Source of the DNA: Bacteroidia bacterium
Lineage (GTDB): Bacteria; Bacteroidota; Bacteroidia; B-17B0; Aurantibacillaceae
Assembly: GCA_044352985.1 (NCBI GenBank)
Contig: JBILCU010000012.1
Location: 45,428 to 109,427 of the forward strand
Reading direction: 5' to 3'
DNA: 64,000 nucleotides
Shown in pieces: positions 55,753 to 64,000 of the stretch. Within the stretch, counting starts at the first letter, position 1; every line of letters starts with the position of its first letter. The notes beneath the pieces were generated by a model. It did no database searches and was not told where the DNA came from. It worked only from the letters and a program-made list of their open reading frames with translations. Both the position numbers and the translations under genes were made by a program.

Positions 55753-57583
55753 TATTTTTAATTAATTCAATGGTATTGTTGTAAACAATTTGTATATCGT
55801 TGCTTACTGCAGCCGGTGCATACCGAGCAATGTCGCAATCGTTTAATGTATCGTTAAGTTTACTTATAGTAGTTTCGCTTATGTTTTGTTTTGTTAACTG
55901 TAACGATATATTATCCTTTGATAAATCAGCAATAGGAATATTTAATTTATTACTAATGTAATTATATAATGCAATAGATACTTCTTGATAAAAACCATCT
56001 TTATTGTTTTGTTTTAAAAACACTTCTGCTTTTTGTAATTGTTTTTTTGCCAGACGAGCAGCTTTACGTTGCTTTACTGCAACAACATCACTGTTGCGAA
56101 CATCGTACGATTTTTTACTCACAATAAATCCTGTAAAGCAAAGTAACGGCAATGCAAGAAGTGCATAATGTTTCCAGGAATTGAAAAAATGCTGATCAGC
56201 TTTTTCTAATTTTAAATCTCCGGTTTTGATGTAACGAATGTCGTTCCTTTTTTCTTCAATGGTTGTTTTAGGAACATAGGCCTGCACAGAATTTCCATTT
56301 GCAGAACCATTAGGATCGGGGGTAACTTCGATTTTAAATTCAGGTGCAGGTATATTTACATACGATTTTTTCTCGGGATCAAAATAACTGAACGAAAGAT
56401 TATTAATGGTAAACTCACCGCTTTTTCTTGGTATCAATAAGTAATCGTAGGTTTTGGTTCCGCTAAAATTGCCAGCTTCGCTGTAGGATTCAGAAATTTT
56501 CGGATCATAGGTTTCAAAGCCTTCCGGAAAATTAATTTTAGGGGCATCTGTAAGTTTGATGTTTCCTCTACCGGTTATACTTAATTTTAAATTGATGCTC
56601 TCATTTTCTTTCACTTTTTCTTTACTGATTTCTGCCTTTAAACTAAAATTTCCAACAGCACCATTAAAGTCTGCAGGTTTGTTGTTTTCTGGCAATGCTT
56701 TTACATCAATTACCATTGCTTTACTCTTTGCTTTTACTACAGCATCTTCATAACCGCCACCACCGAAAAACTGCTCAAAAATATTTTGTGGCTGGCGGCT
56801 TGTTTTTCTTCTTACCACACATTCCACTTCCATGGGTTCAATTGTTAATTGCCCCGATCGTTGAGGAAACAAATATGAGGTAGAAAAATCAGCAACATAA
56901 TACACTGATCCATCTACATTTTCTTGACTCAACTGAATTTGTTTGTTCTTGTTGTTTTCGTTTTGACTCCAAAATCCATTGTAGTTAGGCATTTTATAAT
57001 TTTGAAATCCTCGTAATGTTGGTTTGGAATATATTTTATGACTCACAACAACTTGCTCACCTAGAAAGCAAGATTTTTTACTTACTGTAGTTTTAATAAA
57101 AACATCATCACCGCTTGATGCCGAGGCAACTCCTGCATTATTTCCAACTGACTGATTACTGCCTGAACTTCTACTTCCGGCATTTTGTTGATTTGCATTT
57201 CCTTTAACATCAATAGCGATACTATTTGATTCAATTTTATTTCCGTTGACTACAATGCTTGCAGGTGCAATAGTAAAACGACCCTCTCTTTTCGGACTCA
57301 ACATATAGGAAAGTGAAATGGATTGAGACATGTTGCCATTAACAATTTGCATGCTTGTGGACTGGTTAGGACCTGAATACACATCAAAATCGCTTAAGTT
57401 AGGTGCTTTAAAATTACTACCGGAAGCATTTAAAGTAAAAGAGATTTGAAATAATTCGCCAACTGCTAACTGATTTCTAGAGGTTTGTGCGGTAAACTTT
57501 TGAGCAGTTAATTTAAAAGATAAAAGAAATAACAGAATTGAAAAACAAGTAAATAAAGAATAGCTATTTTTTTTAATCATCAT
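55730..57583 (-). CDS. batD: BatD-like protein
   Basis: 617 aa with a signal peptide and one late TM span. Its position between BatC and BatE matches Bacteroides Bat operons. Confidence 0.7.
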   Translation of the reverse strand: MMIKKNSYSLFTCFSILLFLLSFKLTAQKFTAQTSRNQLAVGELFQISFTLNASGSNFKAPNLSDFDVYSGPNQSTSMQIVNGNMSQSISLSYMLSPKREGRFTIAPASIVVNGNKIESNSIAIDVKGNANQQNAGSRSSGSNQSVGNNAGVASASSGDDVFIKTTVSKKSCFLGEQVVVSHKIYSKPTLRGFQNYKMPNYNGFWSQNENNKNKQIQLSQENVDGSVYYVADFSTSYLFPQRSGQLTIEPMEVECVVRRKTSRQPQNIFEQFFGGGGYEDAVVKAKSKAMVIDVKALPENNKPADFNGAVGNFSLKAEISKEKVKENESINLKLSITGRGNIKLTDAPKINFPEGFETYDPKISESYSEAGNFSGTKTYDYLLIPRKSGEFTINNLSFSYFDPEKKSYVNIPAPEFKIEVTPDPNGSANGNSVQAYVPKTTIEEKRNDIRYIKTGDLKLEKADQHFFNSWKHYALLALPLLCFTGFIVSKKSYDVRNSDVVAVKQRKAARLAKKQLQKAEVFLKQNNKDGFYQEVSIALYNYISNKLNIPIADLSKDNISLQLTKQNISETTISKLNDTLNDCDIARYAPAAVSNDIQIVYNNTIELIKNIEDETKA

Positions 57584-57653
57584 TTTTTATTGTTTCTTCA
57601 GCCGTTTAAAATTATAAATTTTACAGAGACAATGCGTGTTAAAAATTACCAAA

Positions 57654-58358
57654 TCACCAATCTTTTTCGGGCTTTACGTTCTCTCCTTTTTCACCTTTGT
57701 GTTTTCGGTTGATAGCTATTTTTTTCTCGTTATTTTTTAATGCATCAAGCATACGTTGCGCCTCTTCTTTACTCATGGCGCCTTGCTGTGGTTGTTGTTG
57801 CTGCTGATCGTTTTTATTGCTTAATTGTTTTTTTTGATCTTCCTTTTTTTGATCCTGCTGATTTTGATCTTTGTTTTGTTGATCTTTTCCTCCGCCTTGT
57901 TGCTGCTGTTGTTGTAATTTACGTTGTGCCCATGCAAGGTTATAACGTGTGCTATCATCATCTGCATTTATTTTCAATGAATTCTTGTATGCAGAAATTG
58001 CTTTTTCGTATTCCTTTTTCTTTAAATAAGCGTTTCCAAGGTTGTGGAATGTTTGTCGTAAAGTATCTTTATTATTTGTAGAACGAACCACAGATTCATA
58101 GTGACTTACTGCATCGGCAAATTTACCTTGCTTGTAATAGGCATTTCCTAAATTGTATTCGCCTTTTAAATAACCTTGTTTTTCATTAATGGATTGCAAA
58201 TATTTTTTTTCTGCATTCGCATATTTCCCCGATTTATAATCATCGTTTCCAGAACGCAATGTTTTCTTTTCTTTTTGAGAAAAGAGATGGAATGCTGTTA
58301 ATATAAAAAGTAAGGTTACAGCAAATGCTCTATTTATTTGATGTTTTGAATGTTTCAT
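57654..58358 (-). CDS. batC: BatC-like TPR protein with Q/K-rich low-complexity tail
   Basis: TPR repeats (GEYNLGNAYYKQGKFADAVSHYE, FHNLGNAYLKKKEYEKAISAYK). Confidence 0.7.
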   Translation of the reverse strand: MKHSKHQINRAFAVTLLFILTAFHLFSQKEKKTLRSGNDDYKSGKYANAEKKYLQSINEKQGYLKGEYNLGNAYYKQGKFADAVSHYESVVRSTNNKDTLRQTFHNLGNAYLKKKEYEKAISAYKNSLKINADDDSTRYNLAWAQRKLQQQQQQGGGKDQQNKDQNQQDQKKEDQKKQLSNKNDQQQQQPQQGAMSKEEAQRMLDALKNNEKKIAINRKHKGEKGENVKPEKDW

Positions 58359-59392
58359 TTTTTCTTTTCAAATAAATTTAATTTTCTCCACCAATTGCTT
58401 TTACGTTCATTGATGAAAAATTCAATTACCAATAAAATAGCAGCCAGGTAAACAAACCAAATGAACTGATCATCAAAATCAGTATACATTTTGGATTCAA
58501 TTTGTTTTCGCTCCATTTCTTTCAGTTTATCCATAATTGCATTCAAACCAACTTCTGCGTTGTTGGCTTTTGCGTAAGCACCATTACCTGCCGATGCAAT
58601 ATCCATCAATAAAGCTTCATTCAGTTTTGTTACCACTGTATTTCCTGTATTATCTTTACGGAAACCTAATTTAATCCCATCTTGAATTAATGGAATTGGA
58701 ACACCTGTGTTTGAACCAATACCAATTGTAGAAACAGAAATTCCTTTTGCATTTGCCTCTTCCGCTGCTTTAATAGCTCCTTCTTCGTGGTCTTCACCAT
58801 CAGTGATTATAATAATAGATTTGTTTTTTCCTAAATCTGTTCCGAATGCTTCAATGGATTTGCTGATGGCAGCAGAAACATTTGTCCCCTGAACAGGAAC
58901 GATTCCTGGTCCGATTGAATTCAGAAATAATTTAGCAGCACTGTAATCGGCTGTTATCGGTAATTGTACATAAGCCTCACCTGCAAACACAATTAATCCA
59001 ATTCTGTCGCCTTCCAGTTTTTCAATAAATTTTTCCAAGGCAAGTTTTGCGCGCTCAATACGATTGGGTGATAAATCCTCTGCCAGCATAGAATTGGAAA
59101 CATCCAAACAAATCATGATATCACCACCTTCGCGTTTTACCTCCTGCATTTTAGAGCCGGTTTGTAAGTTAGCTACAGCAATGATTAATGAAGTGAAAGC
59201 AATTAAAAACAAGATGAATTTCCAGATGCGTTTATCGCTAGAAACATCAGGTAATAATGCTTTTACCAATTCATAATCGCCTATTTTTTTTAATTGCTTT
59301 TTTCTATTTCTTACGATGAGTGCGTAAAAAACAATCAGTAAAGGAATTAATAAAAGTCCCCATAAATAATCACTATTTTCAAAACGATACAT
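58355..59392 (-). CDS. batB: BatB-like VWA-domain membrane protein
   Basis: N-terminal TM spans. VWA MIDAS DVSNSM and LIVFAGEA...IIIITDGEDH. C-terminal TM span. Confidence 0.8.
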   Translation of the reverse strand: MYRFENSDYLWGLLLIPLLIVFYALIVRNRKKQLKKIGDYELVKALLPDVSSDKRIWKFILFLIAFTSLIIAVANLQTGSKMQEVKREGGDIMICLDVSNSMLAEDLSPNRIERAKLALEKFIEKLEGDRIGLIVFAGEAYVQLPITADYSAAKLFLNSIGPGIVPVQGTNVSAAISKSIEAFGTDLGKNKSIIIITDGEDHEEGAIKAAEEANAKGISVSTIGIGSNTGVPIPLIQDGIKLGFRKDNTGNTVVTKLNEALLMDIASAGNGAYAKANNAEVGLNAIMDKLKEMERKQIESKMYTDFDDQFIWFVYLAAILLVIEFFINERKSNWWRKLNLFEKKK

Positions 59393-59393
59393 C

Positions 59394-60404
59394 TTATGGA
59401 ACTGATTTAAATAGTGTATTTTTTAAAATGAATTCAAGTAATAGTGAAATACTTGCAATTAATGCAAATACAAAAAAACGTTCTGCCTTGTTGCTGTAAT
59501 TCCGTTCACTGATCACTGATTTTTCCATACGGTCAATTTCTTCGTAAACCTTTTTCAAACTTTTATTGTCGGTAGCCCTGAAGTATTTTCCTCCGGTCAT
59601 TTCAGAAATTTTATTCATTACCACTTCATCAATTTCAACATCCACATAATCAAATTCAATGTGGCCGTTAGGATAAATATAAACCGGAGTGTATGCTTTT
59701 CCTTTTGAACCAACACCCACAGAATACACTTTCACTCCAAATGTCTTTGCAATTTCGCCAGCTGTTAATGGGGCAATTTCACCAATATTACTAACACCAT
59801 CAGATAATAAAATAACCACTTTGCTTTTAGCATTACTCTCCTTCACTCGAGAAACTGCATCTGCCAAACCTAAACCAATGGCAGTACCATCAGCCATTTG
59901 ACCGGTTTTTACTTCACTAATGATGTTTTTTAAAATCGCATGATCGGTGGTGAGCGGACATTGTGTAAAAGCTTCACCACTGAATACAACTAAACCAATT
60001 CTGTCGGTCGGGCGAGAATCAATAAACTGTATAGCTACTTCTTTTGCAGATTCCAAACGATTGGGATCAAAATCTTTTGCCAGCATGGAATGACTTACAT
60101 CCATGCAAAGCACTATATCAATTCCTTCTGTTTTAATGTCTTTCCAACTGCTTCGTGATTGTGGCCGAGCAATGATTAATATGATTGCAGAGAAGGTGAT
60201 TAATCGAAATACAAACAAAATATGACGAAACTTAGCTCTGCCTGATGATTTAATTTTTCCTAATAAAATCAATGAAGAGTAATTAAATTCTGCTTCGCGG
60301 TTTTTGTTTTTGTAAATGTACCAGGCAATAAAAACAGGTAAAGCAAAGAAGAGATAAAATGCTTCTTTGTTTGAAAAAGTTATATCGTTAAAAAACTGAA
60401 TCAC
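59394..60404 (-). CDS. batA: BatA-like VWA-domain membrane protein
   Basis: MIDAS DVSHSM, LVVFSGEA and VILLSDGVSN. Flanking TM spans. Confidence 0.8.
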   Translation of the reverse strand: MIQFFNDITFSNKEAFYLFFALPVFIAWYIYKNKNREAEFNYSSLILLGKIKSSGRAKFRHILFVFRLITFSAIILIIARPQSRSSWKDIKTEGIDIVLCMDVSHSMLAKDFDPNRLESAKEVAIQFIDSRPTDRIGLVVFSGEAFTQCPLTTDHAILKNIISEVKTGQMADGTAIGLGLADAVSRVKESNAKSKVVILLSDGVSNIGEIAPLTAGEIAKTFGVKVYSVGVGSKGKAYTPVYIYPNGHIEFDYVDVEIDEVVMNKISEMTGGKYFRATDNKSLKKVYEEIDRMEKSVISERNYSNKAERFFVFALIASISLLLEFILKNTLFKSVP

Positions 60405-61390
60405 TTTTGTTCTGTTTGATTAAATGCTGAGTTTTCTTCGTTTATTTCTTCACGTAAAGTGCCTTTTACAAAATCGAAGGCATTGTTTATTGTTATTTCA
60501 TTTTCTACGTCAATGGGTTGTGCTTTTGCAAACTTTACATAATCTGCCAATGCTAAAATTTGTTTTAATTTTTCTTTGCTTACGCCGTCAATTAATTGAG
60601 ATTTCATCACACTCATAATTTCATCAGAAGTTAGTTCCATCGCACTGATATTGTACCTGCCTTCCAAATAAACCCTTATAGTATCAGTAATAGCAGTGTA
60701 GTATTCTTTTGTTTTACCTTCCTGCCAAAGTTTTAGGTTTTTAATATTCTCTAAATCTCTGAATGCAACAATATGAGGAGCAATTTTTATTTTCGGTTTT
60801 TCATCAGGAATTACTTTTCTGTTTTTTAATCTTCTGTAAATGATGTAATAGAAAAGTGCTAGTATTGCTACAATTCCTGCGCCCCAATAGATATAAGGTA
60901 AAATTTCTTTCCAATGAAAAGGTTCATCGTAAATAGGTTTCACATCTTTAATACTTGTTTCTGCGGTATCAACAGGAATGGTCTCAACTTCAAGCAATAA
61001 TGCCTGGGTGCTAATAGGATTAACGGTATCGTTATCAATAGTGAAAATAAATGGCGGAATTGCCCAATAACCAGAATCAAAAGAGGTGATGTAAATTGTT
61101 TGATGTTGCTGTAAGTTGCCTGAGTTTGATTTGCTTGGCGGAATGGTGTCAATTTTCGAAACATTTACCACTTCAATTTGTTTGGTAATGGTATCGCCAA
61201 TTTGCGGCCACTGAATATTTATTTTTTTTGATGGTCCGGCATAATTAAGGTAAAGGTCAATTTTAGCTTGCTGACCAATTATAATTTTACCGGTATCTAT
61301 TAATGCAAACGCTTCTGTTTTTTGAGCAAACGAAAAATTGGAAATTATAATTCCCAAAACAATAAGCATTATGTTACTCAATTTTTTCAT
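60401..61390 (-). CDS. membrane protein of the Bat operon (possibly DUF4381-like)
   Basis: Signal peptide plus a central TM span. It occupies the slot between DUF58 and BatA seen in Bat operons. The family assignment is from memory only. Confidence 0.5.
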   Translation of the reverse strand: MKKLSNIMLIVLGIIISNFSFAQKTEAFALIDTGKIIIGQQAKIDLYLNYAGPSKKINIQWPQIGDTITKQIEVVNVSKIDTIPPSKSNSGNLQQHQTIYITSFDSGYWAIPPFIFTIDNDTVNPISTQALLLEVETIPVDTAETSIKDVKPIYDEPFHWKEILPYIYWGAGIVAILALFYYIIYRRLKNRKVIPDEKPKIKIAPHIVAFRDLENIKNLKLWQEGKTKEYYTAITDTIRVYLEGRYNISAMELTSDEIMSVMKSQLIDGVSKEKLKQILALADYVKFAKAQPIDVENEITINNAFDFVKGTLREEINEENSAFNQTEQK

Positions 61391-61393
61391 TGC

Positions 61394-62260
61394 TTATCTG
61401 CGCTTAAATAAATTCATGAGTGGTTGAATGTACGATTCATCTGTTCGTAAACGAACATAATCAACACCAGCACGATTAAATGTATCTTTTAATTGATGTT
61501 CAAATTTTATGCGTTGCAATTTTGATTCCTTTTGAAATTCTTTTGAAGAAGAATCAACCCATTTAATTTCGCCTGTTTCCAAATCTTTCAATTTGATTAA
61601 CCCAACAGGAGGGATTTCGCGTTCTGATTTATCATATACTTCAACAGCAACTAAATCGTGTTTTTTATTGGTGATTTTAATTGCGTCAGAAATAGGGTTG
61701 TTATCTACAAAATCAGAAACTAAAAAAACGATGCTTTTCTTTTTTATGACGTTAGTCAGATATTTTAGTGCGAGAGAAATATCCGTTTTGGTGCTTGTTG
61801 GCTGAATGTTTACCAATTCTCTGATTATGCGAAGAATATGAGTTTTACCTTTTTTAGGAGGAATGAATTTTTCAATTTTATCACTAAAAAAAATCACCCC
61901 AATTTTATCATTGTTGGTAGATGCTGAAAAAGAAATTACAGCACATAGTTCCGTAATTAAATCTTTTTTGGTTTGCTTTAATGTTCCAAATAATCCGGAA
62001 GCACTCACATCCACCATCAACACGACATTTAACTCTCGTTCTTCTTCAAATACTTTTACGTAGGGACTATTAAAACGTGCAGTTACATTCCAGTCAATTG
62101 TTCTTACATCATCGCCCGGTGTATATTCTCTTACTTCGCTGAAAGCCATACCTCTTCCTTTAAAGGCGCTGTGGTATTCGCCCGAAAAAACCTGTGACGA
62201 AAGGCCACGGGTTTTGATTTCGATTTTACGAACTTTTTTTAATAGCTCAGCTGTTTCCAA
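61394..62260 (-). CDS. DUF58 domain protein (MoxR-associated, VWA-like)
   Basis: REYTPGDDVRTIDWNVTAR hallmark motif. Confidence 0.8.
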   Translation of the reverse strand: METAELLKKVRKIEIKTRGLSSQVFSGEYHSAFKGRGMAFSEVREYTPGDDVRTIDWNVTARFNSPYVKVFEEERELNVVLMVDVSASGLFGTLKQTKKDLITELCAVISFSASTNNDKIGVIFFSDKIEKFIPPKKGKTHILRIIRELVNIQPTSTKTDISLALKYLTNVIKKKSIVFLVSDFVDNNPISDAIKITNKKHDLVAVEVYDKSEREIPPVGLIKLKDLETGEIKWVDSSSKEFQKESKLQRIKFEHQLKDTFNRAGVDYVRLRTDESYIQPLMNLFKRR

Positions 62261-62315
62261 AATTTAATGCGATGATGATTGTTAGAGTTAGAAATAAATG
62301 AAGAAGAAGTTTTAA

Positions 62316-63302
62316 TTATGGAACTTCAACGGTATTTAAAATTTCATTTACAATGTGTTCGGCAGTAATGTTCTCTGCTTCTGCTTCATACGTTAAACCA
62401 ATTCGGTGACGTAATACATCCATACAAACTGCACGAACGTCTTCAGGGATTACATACCCTCTACGTTTGATGAAAGCATAAGCTTTTGCAGCCAATGCCA
62501 AGTTAATACTTGCACGTGGAGAGCCACCAAAACTAATGAGAGGAGCAAACTTTTCTAATTTATGTTCTTTAGGGAAACGTGTTGCAAATACAATATCAAC
62601 AATGTAGCGTTCAATTTTTTCATCCATGTACACATCTCGAACAATTTTACGCGCTTCAACAATGGTTTCCGGACTTAAAATGGTATTTGGTGTTGCCATT
62701 CCTGTTGCAGAAATATTTGATGCGATGATCTTTCTTTCTTCTTCCTTGCTTGGATAACCAATTACTACTTTCAGCATAAAACGATCTACCTGTGCTTCAG
62801 GTAGAGGATAAGTACCTTCTTGTTCAACCGGATTTTGAGTTGCCAATACCAAAAACGGATTAGGAAGCTTAAATGTTTGTTCACCAATGGTTACTTGTTT
62901 CTCTTGCATGGCTTCAAGCAAAGCACTTTGTACTTTAGCAGGAGCACGATTGATCTCATCTGCCAAAACAAAGTTTGCAAAAACAGGACCTTTTTTAATC
63001 GTAAATTCTTCCTTCTTTTGGTTGTAAATCATGGTTCCAACCAAATCGGCAGGTAATAAATCGGGTGTAAACTGAATACGGCTAAACTGTCCGCCAATAC
63101 ATTTACTCAATGTATTAATGGCTAAAGTTTTTGCCAATCCGGGAACACCTTCCAACAAAACATGACCATTAGAAAGCATACCTATTAGCAATCGCTCAAC
63201 CATGTATTTTTGGCCAACGATTACTTTATCCATTTCAGTAAATAATAAATCTACAAATGCACTTTCGCGTTGAATTCTTTCGTTAATTTCTCTGATATCC
63301 AT
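62316..63302 (-). CDS. moxR: MoxR-family AAA+ ATPase
   Basis: Walker A LEGVPGLAKT, Walker B VLADEINRA and LATQNPVEQEGTYPLPEAQVDRF. Confidence 0.9.
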   Translation of the reverse strand: MDIREINERIQRESAFVDLLFTEMDKVIVGQKYMVERLLIGMLSNGHVLLEGVPGLAKTLAINTLSKCIGGQFSRIQFTPDLLPADLVGTMIYNQKKEEFTIKKGPVFANFVLADEINRAPAKVQSALLEAMQEKQVTIGEQTFKLPNPFLVLATQNPVEQEGTYPLPEAQVDRFMLKVVIGYPSKEEERKIIASNISATGMATPNTILSPETIVEARKIVRDVYMDEKIERYIVDIVFATRFPKEHKLEKFAPLISFGGSPRASINLALAAKAYAFIKRRGYVIPEDVRAVCMDVLRHRIGLTYEAEAENITAEHIVNEILNTVEVP

Positions 63303-63412
63303 AAAAGGAACTTAAATTTTAATAGGATACAAAAATAATATAGTCGATTTTTAGGGTATGTTAAAAGTTGTTAAGCAAAAACAATAATTGCCAAAAGTAA
63401 TTGTTCAGAATT

Positions 63413-64000
63413 TTAGTTAAAACGAATGGCTTTTATCGGTGATATTTTATTAATTACTAATGTTGGTAATAGTATAAATAACATGCATACGGTTAATGTT
63501 CCTCCATTTAAAAGTAGGATATGAAAAAGATCAAAATTAATTGGTACAAACTCCAGGTAATACGTTTCTTTTTCAAGAGTAAAAAATTTGAATTTTAATT
63601 GTATTAACGATAATGCTATTCCTATAATATTGCCTATAATTAATCCTTTTGTTATTAGTTTAAATGATAAGTTTAAAAATATTTTTCTCACATCTTGGTT
63701 AGCGGCACCAAGTGCTTTTAACAGACCAATACTACTAGTTTTTTCGAGCATTAAAATTAGTAATGCCGAAATCATATTAATTGAAGCTACAATTAGCATT
63801 AAACTTATTATAATAACGGCATTTGAGTCCATTAATTCTAACCAGCCAAATACACCAGGGTATGTTTGTTTAATGCTTTGGGCAGTTAGTTCATAGCCAA
63901 TTAAATCATTTATTTTTTCTGTTTCCAAATCAAGTGTATTGAAATCATATAATTGAATTTCAAAACCTCCAACTTCGTTATTCGACCAATAATTTATTTT
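63413..64000 (-). CDS. FtsX-family ABC transporter permease (LolC/E-like), C-terminal part; N-terminus outside the window
   Basis: The frame stays open to position 64000 upstream of the tracked TTG. It has three C-terminal TM spans with an LKALGA motif typical of FtsX/LolE permeases. Confidence 0.75.
   Translation of the reverse strand, partial: KINYWSNNEVGGFEIQLYDFNTLDLETEKINDLIGYELTAQSIKQTYPGVFGWLELMDSNAVIIISLMLIVASINMISALLILMLEKTSSIGLLKALGAANQDVRKIFLNLSFKLITKGLIIGNIIGIALSLIQLKFKFFTLEKETYYLEFVPINFDLFHILLLNGGTLTVCMLFILLPTLVINKISPIKAIRFN

Noticed and set aside
57780-57930. CAA/CAG-rich tract in batC as a possible slipped-strand phase-variation repeat
   Set aside because: The repeats are imperfect and interrupted, and the reading frame is intact. 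It is more simply a low-complexity Q/K linker.
1-64000. Scan for CRISPR arrays, tRNA/rRNA genes, IS elements, integrases and prophage blocks
   Set aside because: I saw no regularly spaced direct repeats, no tRNA-like GC-rich cloverleaf segments and no transposase or integrase motifs in the six-frame track. The only mobile-DNA signature is the duplication flanking higBA.

Overview
AT-rich 64 kb chromosomal window, roughly one-third G+C by eye. It looks like a Bacteroidota genome, Flavobacteriia/Sphingobacteriia-like. The supporting signals are T9SS C-terminal sorting domains, a complete MoxR-DUF58-BatABCDE aerotolerance operon, a bTHX ribosomal protein gene and recurrent TAnnTTTG -7 promoter boxes. 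Most of the window is densely packed housekeeping and envelope genes. These include hrpB (partial), four M16 peptidases, PolX, smpB, an O-antigen-type glycan locus, clpC, gyrA, DPP-IV, an amidase, LptD-like, OmpA-like and Omp85-like proteins, pdxJ and recF. I saw no rRNA, tRNA, CRISPR array, transposase or integrase. Five things are not explained by ordinary gene content. (1) A ~157-nt multi-hairpin element occurs twice (6787-6945 and 36118-36273). Its single-stranded blocks are perfectly conserved and its stems differ by compensatory changes, so it is a candidate new structured RNA. Copy B is fused to a ~230-bp GC-rich noncoding island. (2) A higBA toxin-antitoxin cassette is bracketed by a 139-bp direct duplication of the 3' end of the DPP-IV gene. 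(3) A 50-nt palindromic unit is present three times around a lone AAA ATPase/PD-(D/E)xK nuclease-like gene. (4) An HD-phosphohydrolase/CoaD-like nucleotidyltransferase fusion is wedged between two M16 peptidase genes. (5) A GT9 heptosyltransferase-like gene lacks a canonical start codon. All protein calls rest on motif recognition by eye in the supplied translations. No database search was run.
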